A program made the translations under genes and the position numbers. The notes under the pieces were generated by a model. That model was not told the DNA's origin. It made no database searches and saw nothing but the letters and a program-made list of their open reading frames with translations. Of a stretch of 64,000 nucleotides of DNA, positions 60,352-64,000 are shown piece by piece. This DNA is from a virus: positions 1 to 64,000 of IMG/VR virus record IMGVR_UViG_3300021389_000005; one strand, written 5' to 3'. The stretch's first letter is position 1. The number at the start of each line of letters is the position of its first letter.

Positions 60352-60528
60352 ATGAAAAAAATCAAAGCAAAATTATTGACTTACTTATTCACTGATTGGG
60401 TAAAGTCAGAAACTGACGTTGAAACGTTGATCATGACAAGAAACATGATAGAGCAGCGTAAGAATAAAATAACTGGACATACTCCAGTTTTGGGTTTTAG
60501 AATGCATGGTACAACTAATATTAAATAA
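60352..60528 (+). CDS. Small early hypothetical protein
   Basis: ATG at 60352 (MKKIKAK) lies downstream of the promoter; the ORF-track start 60313 falls inside the promoter. Confidence 0.55.
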   Translation: MKKIKAKLLTYLFTDWVKSETDVETLIMTRNMIEQRKNKITGHTPVLGFRMHGTTNIK

Positions 60529-60529
60529 T

Positions 60530-60790
60530 ATGAACTATAAGAGATTTAACAGACACGATTGCTTTACGTCAGAAATGATGACAATGACAATGGACATTAT
60601 TAAAGCAACCGAAGACGATTCACTGAAAAACATGGCATACGGCCTCTTTGACGGTTATTTATATGATAATCTATTGCCTAAAGCAATCGAAGTTGGTGTA
60701 AGTAAAGAAATAGAAAACAAAATCAAAGGCCTAAAAAAAGCCATTGAGATGTATATTCAATTAACCGGTAATACAGTGACATATGTATAG
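60530..60790 (+). CDS. Small early hypothetical protein
   Basis: ATG 60530 (MNYKRFNRHDC) 1 nt after the previous stop. Confidence 0.6.
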   Translation: MNYKRFNRHDCFTSEMMTMTMDIIKATEDDSLKNMAYGLFDGYLYDNLLPKAIEVGVSKEIENKIKGLKKAIEMYIQLTGNTVTYV

Positions 60791-60947
60791 AACTACATTT
60801 TTTCTAAGAAGAGAAGACGAATATTCTCCAGAAATTATTTACGCAGTAAAACACTGCAAACGACCTGCTGCCACAAAGGCATATAAAAATCTTATCGGTA
60901 TGTTTAATCGAGGGGAAATAGCAGGATATGGTTGGAAACGAAACTAA
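60783..60947 (+). CDS. Small hypothetical protein (54 aa, below the cutoff)
   Basis: MYRTTFFLRREDEYSPEIIYAVKHCKRP...GYGWKRN fills the gap and overlaps the previous stop. Confidence 0.5.
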   Translation: MYRTTFFLRREDEYSPEIIYAVKHCKRPAATKAYKNLIGMFNRGEIAGYGWKRN

Positions 60948-60959
60948 AATCAATATAAC

Positions 60960-61262
60960 ATGAATACATTTGACAAAATTAAAATAGTTAAAGAAGCTGT
61001 ACAAAAATTCTTTGATGATAGTGCAGAACAATTTATACATGATAATGATATTATTTCATGGGAAGAAAATCATATCGTAACAACAGGTACCCAAATCATG
61101 TGTAAAAAATGGAATGTCAATGACATGGGAGGCGGATTTGTCCAATCAGTTATAGACAATGATTTAAGCAAAACAATGGCCTCAGCTGACAACATCAATA
61201 TGCACGCTGTCAGATTCTACTGTGCTATGATTTATAACGTATCTAAACCTAAACGTATATAA
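60960..61262 (+). CDS. Hypothetical protein
   Basis: 100 aa; GGGFVQSVIDNDL..TMA.AD motif. Confidence 0.6.
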   Translation: MNTFDKIKIVKEAVQKFFDDSAEQFIHDNDIISWEENHIVTTGTQIMCKKWNVNDMGGGFVQSVIDNDLSKTMASADNINMHAVRFYCAMIYNVSKPKRI

Positions 61263-61329
61263 TGTTAGGAAACTAACGCTTTGCAGCCATCAGCGCGAGT
61301 GCAGCACTAAAAGAGTCGAATAAATAATT

Positions 61330-61355
61330 AAACAAATTATACTTTGTGTGTATAA
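61330..61355 (+). promoter_or_regulatory. Putative middle-class promoter AAAC-N17-TATAA
   Basis: AAAC 61330-61333, TATAA 61351-61355, opens the nucleotide-modification cluster. Confidence 0.65.
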
Positions 61356-61371
61356 TAACTAAATAAATCAC

Positions 61372-61683
61372 ATGTCTAAAAATAAGAAATCAAACATTCT
61401 ATCTGAAGCTAACGACATCGTAAATAATCGTTCTGAAGAAAAATCACGCCAATATGGCCCATTCGAAGAAGGTATGAGACGCGCAGCAATGATATTCAAT
61501 GGTATGACCGGCCAAGACCTTAACGGTTCAGATATGTATGCTGCGTTAGTAGCTTTAAAGCTAAGCAGACATTCATACAACTATAAACAAGATAATTTAT
61601 TAGATGCAGTAGCTTACTTAGGTGCATTAGATAACTATGTAGATAAACATGGTTATAAAGAAAGCGAGGATCCATTAAAATAA
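61372..61683 (+). CDS. DUF6378-like all-alpha nucleotide pyrophosphatase-type protein
   Basis: ILSEANDIVN.R...YGP.EE....A........LVALKLSR......DNLLDAVAY. Confidence 0.65.
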   Translation: MSKNKKSNILSEANDIVNNRSEEKSRQYGPFEEGMRRAAMIFNGMTGQDLNGSDMYAALVALKLSRHSYNYKQDNLLDAVAYLGALDNYVDKHGYKESEDPLK

Positions 61684-61687
61684 AAGT

Positions 61688-62749
61688 ATGACAGAGTTAA
61701 CATTTTTTACAGAACAGGAAACCGATAAGTCGATTAAAGTCGGCATTTGTGCATTGGTTGGTAAAATTAGCCCAAAAATCTCATCACATAAAGGTGCGTG
61801 GGCCCATATGCTATTAAATCAATTGCAAAATGCTGGTTTTGAAAACGCAGAAGTAATCACATCTAATCAAACTGATTGGAACGACTATGACGCAATTCTT
61901 ATTGATCATGGTATGGAATTCAAAGGCACCTTCAATATATTTGGAGGATCTAATGATGATTTATATCACCAATTAATGAGGTTATTTACACCAGTCAAAA
62001 TGTATTCTTTACACCATGACATGCCAGATATTGGTAACTTAATTAAAACTAGACTTAAAGCCGGTACAGATTTATTTAAAACACTTGAATCTAGAATTGA
62101 AGAAGCTACAGAAATCTGTATGGAAATACAAAAGATTGATCATATTGAAAAAACTGAAAAATTATGTTTTGGTGATAGTCACTCTTTTGGAATGTATCAA
62201 GCAGGATATATGTGCCAAAGACACGATGGATTAACAATGCACGGTGCACTTAAGCGCGGTTTACAAAGCTATGTTTATCCATGGGTAAATGAACTTACAG
62301 TTTATATGGGTAATATCGATGTTCGACATCATCTAATGCGTCAGTCAAATCCAAGCGCTGCGGTTAAAGTACTTATAAAAAGATACGAAGAAGAACTTAT
62401 CGGATTAGGCATTAATAACATTGAAATTGTAAATGTTTTACCTATTGAAAACGAAAGTAGACCTTTACCAAAAACAGGGTACTATAAAGGAACACCTTTT
62501 GCTGGGACTTGGAATGAACGTACAGAATTAGTTAAAGAAATTAATACTGGAATAGAAGACATGGCACAAAGAAACAACTGGAAGGTTTATAAACACCCAG
62601 AAGTTTATTTTAACGCCAAAGGTGAATTAACTTTTGATGTAATGGAAAAACCTAAATCTGTACATATATCCAGAGAATATTATAGATGGAACATGGAAAA
62701 AAACGAAGCAAATAAAAATTTAATTAAACAAACACTATCTTTATTTTAA
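61688..62749 (+). CDS. Two-domain protein with SGNH-hydrolase-like C-terminal domain
   Basis: FGDSHS (block I), GNIDVRHH (block III), SVH (block V-like). Confidence 0.55.
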   Translation: MTELTFFTEQETDKSIKVGICALVGKISPKISSHKGAWAHMLLNQLQNAGFENAEVITSNQTDWNDYDAILIDHGMEFKGTFNIFGGSNDDLYHQLMRLFTPVKMYSLHHDMPDIGNLIKTRLKAGTDLFKTLESRIEEATEICMEIQKIDHIEKTEKLCFGDSHSFGMYQAGYMCQRHDGLTMHGALKRGLQSYVYPWVNELTVYMGNIDVRHHLMRQSNPSAAVKVLIKRYEEELIGLGINNIEIVNVLPIENESRPLPKTGYYKGTPFAGTWNERTELVKEINTGIEDMAQRNNWKVYKHPEVYFNAKGELTFDVMEKPKSVHISREYYRWNMEKNEANKNLIKQTLSLF

Positions 62750-62898
62750 TGAAAGCAGACGAAAAATTCAACATAGAAATTACCTACAACGGATCAGGTA
62801 AAACCGAAACAATAGTAATAGAAACTAAAGACATCGAGTGGTCAATGACACAATTTCAAAGAAATAGACCATCGTTTAATTGGAAAATTATAGATTAA
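62749..62898 (+). CDS. Small hypothetical protein (49 aa, below the cutoff)
   Basis: MKADEKFNIEITYNGSGKTETIVIETKDIEWSMTQFQRNRPSFNWKIID, TAATG-coupled. Confidence 0.55.
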   Translation: MKADEKFNIEITYNGSGKTETIVIETKDIEWSMTQFQRNRPSFNWKIID

Positions 62899-62899
62899 A

Positions 62900-63697
62900 A
62901 TGCAAATATCTCCAAATGAAATAGCTAGAATAGCACAAATAGCATTTGTTCTAGAACCTATAGCTAATAAACCTGGATTAACAACTAGATATGCCGATAG
63001 GAATAGAAACTTAAAGCTAGAAAACTTCCTAGTAGCTGGTATTAATACAGGAGATTCATTTAGAGAATTAGCAAAACGAGTTTACGAATCTAAAGATTTA
63101 CCAATAACGTATGATATTGCACTACAAGCTCAAAAAGATTCATTTAAAAATAGACAAGGTAGTAGACTTATATATGGCGGTATAATTAGTTTATTTCCAT
63201 TGATCATAACACAAACACATATCCGGTCAACTGATCCATATGCAATTCTAAGCAATGTAGAAGATGTATTAAAACAAACACACAGAGAAGATGCAGTACA
63301 TCTTCAAGAGTTAGAAAACTATGCTTATAGTTTTGGTATTAATCATAAACAATATATGTTTGAAGTAAAGGATGAATATGAAAATGTCTGGGATTATTTA
63401 GAAAAAGATTTGATATCAATAGGAGAAATAACACAAACACATTGGAAGGACAGAGCTAAAACAGGATCATCGAATAAAGAAATATTGAATGGATATCCTA
63501 TTGTAAAGGCCATGTTAGATATTTATTACAGTACTATAAAAAATAAAGAATGGCGAGGAATAAGTCAAACAACAGAAGAAATAGATTTCTTAATAAGAAG
63601 AGAATTTCCAAATGCACACATTCAGTGGTTAGCAGATCTACATGTATGTTTGATGTATTTGATCTTATGTCATGAAAATAAAGAATTTTTTGTATAA
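62900..63697 (+). CDS. CitG/MdcB-like (triphosphoribosyl-dephospho-CoA synthase fold) protein
   Basis: IAQIAFVLEPIANKPGLTTR resembles the CitG LE...KPG signature; G.I.L.PL and C-terminal ADL. Confidence 0.55.
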   Translation: MQISPNEIARIAQIAFVLEPIANKPGLTTRYADRNRNLKLENFLVAGINTGDSFRELAKRVYESKDLPITYDIALQAQKDSFKNRQGSRLIYGGIISLFPLIITQTHIRSTDPYAILSNVEDVLKQTHREDAVHLQELENYAYSFGINHKQYMFEVKDEYENVWDYLEKDLISIGEITQTHWKDRAKTGSSNKEILNGYPIVKAMLDIYYSTIKNKEWRGISQTTEEIDFLIRREFPNAHIQWLADLHVCLMYLILCHENKEFFV

Positions 63698-63709
63698 AAT
63701 AAAAAAGCA

Positions 63710-64000
63710 ATGAACATAACAACAACCAAATATTACGATGAATTCTTAAGATATTTTGAGCTAGCCAAAAAACAGCAAGATCTAAGTAATCTTGGTCATG
63801 TTCCACATGCAGAATCAAAACTAGATGACGAACTAATGCATCACATAGAATTATATGATGTAGTAGAACGTAAATATGCTGGATTTTCCCAAATAATCAA
63901 TGACTGTTTTTATGGTTGGAATTCAGATCATCCATATTGGTCAAGAATGGAAGCAGGATTATACACACCACAGCGAATGGAAGTGGCCACTAATTGGAAT
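63710..64000 (+). CDS. 3'-truncated protein, possibly an aGPT-Pplase/amino acid:DNA transferase-type base-modification enzyme
   Basis: ORF open from ATG 63710 to the window end (MNITTTKYYDEFLRYF...DDELMHHIELYDVVERKYAGFS...); family call is tentative and rests on context. Confidence 0.4.
   Translation, partial: MNITTTKYYDEFLRYFELAKKQQDLSNLGHVPHAESKLDDELMHHIELYDVVERKYAGFSQIINDCFYGWNSDHPYWSRMEAGLYTPQRMEVATNWN

Noticed and set aside
1062-63818. Many minus-strand and alternate-frame ORFs of 60-178 aa in the track (e.g. 20765-21211, 24082-24480, 34872-35408, 50217-50558)
   Set aside because: All overlap long plus-strand genes and show shadow-ORF composition with no motifs
1-64000. Stop-codon reassignment as in some Bacteroidota phages
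   Set aside because: Coding density is near complete in the standard code; TAG (11269, 60790) and TGA (7001) end genes at sensible boundaries
1-64000. tRNA or rRNA genes
   Set aside because: Intergenic gaps are short and AT-rich; no cloverleaf with a T-loop was recognised

Overview
An AT-rich 64 kb segment of a large myovirus genome (T4-superfamily-like, probably a jumbo phage). Essentially all real genes are on the + strand in the standard code. The host is most likely Bacteroidota: starts have A-rich leaders without Shine-Dalgarno, there is a BACON-like domain, and the early promoters resemble TAnnTTTG. Layout: (1-7 kb) acidic head-type proteins, dCMP deaminase, DinG-like helicase, 2OG-Fe(II) oxygenase, hypotheticals. 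(7-44.7 kb) contractile tail/baseplate/neck module (gp53-, gp27-, gp5-, gp13-, gp25-, gp6-like, large structural and fibre proteins, spanin-like), interrupted by a ribosomal protein S1 homolog and an amidoligase-like gene. (45.6-50.9 kb) RuvC-like resolvase, gp32 SSB, primase, UvsY, UvsW. (44.7-45.6 and 50.9-59.8 kb) an array of proteins with T4 capsid-targeting-like N-termini and Glu cleavage sites, including an ATP-dependent ligase-fold protein paired with a degenerate-ligase/HIGH nucleotidyltransferase fusion. (59.8-61.3 kb) small early genes. (61.3-64 kb) the start of a probable DNA-modification cluster that unusually contains a CitG-like gene. Three promoter-like motif classes are readable directly: (G/A)ATATATA, AAAC-N17-TATAA and a 34-bp early repeat. 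All family calls come from motif recognition by eye, not database searches.
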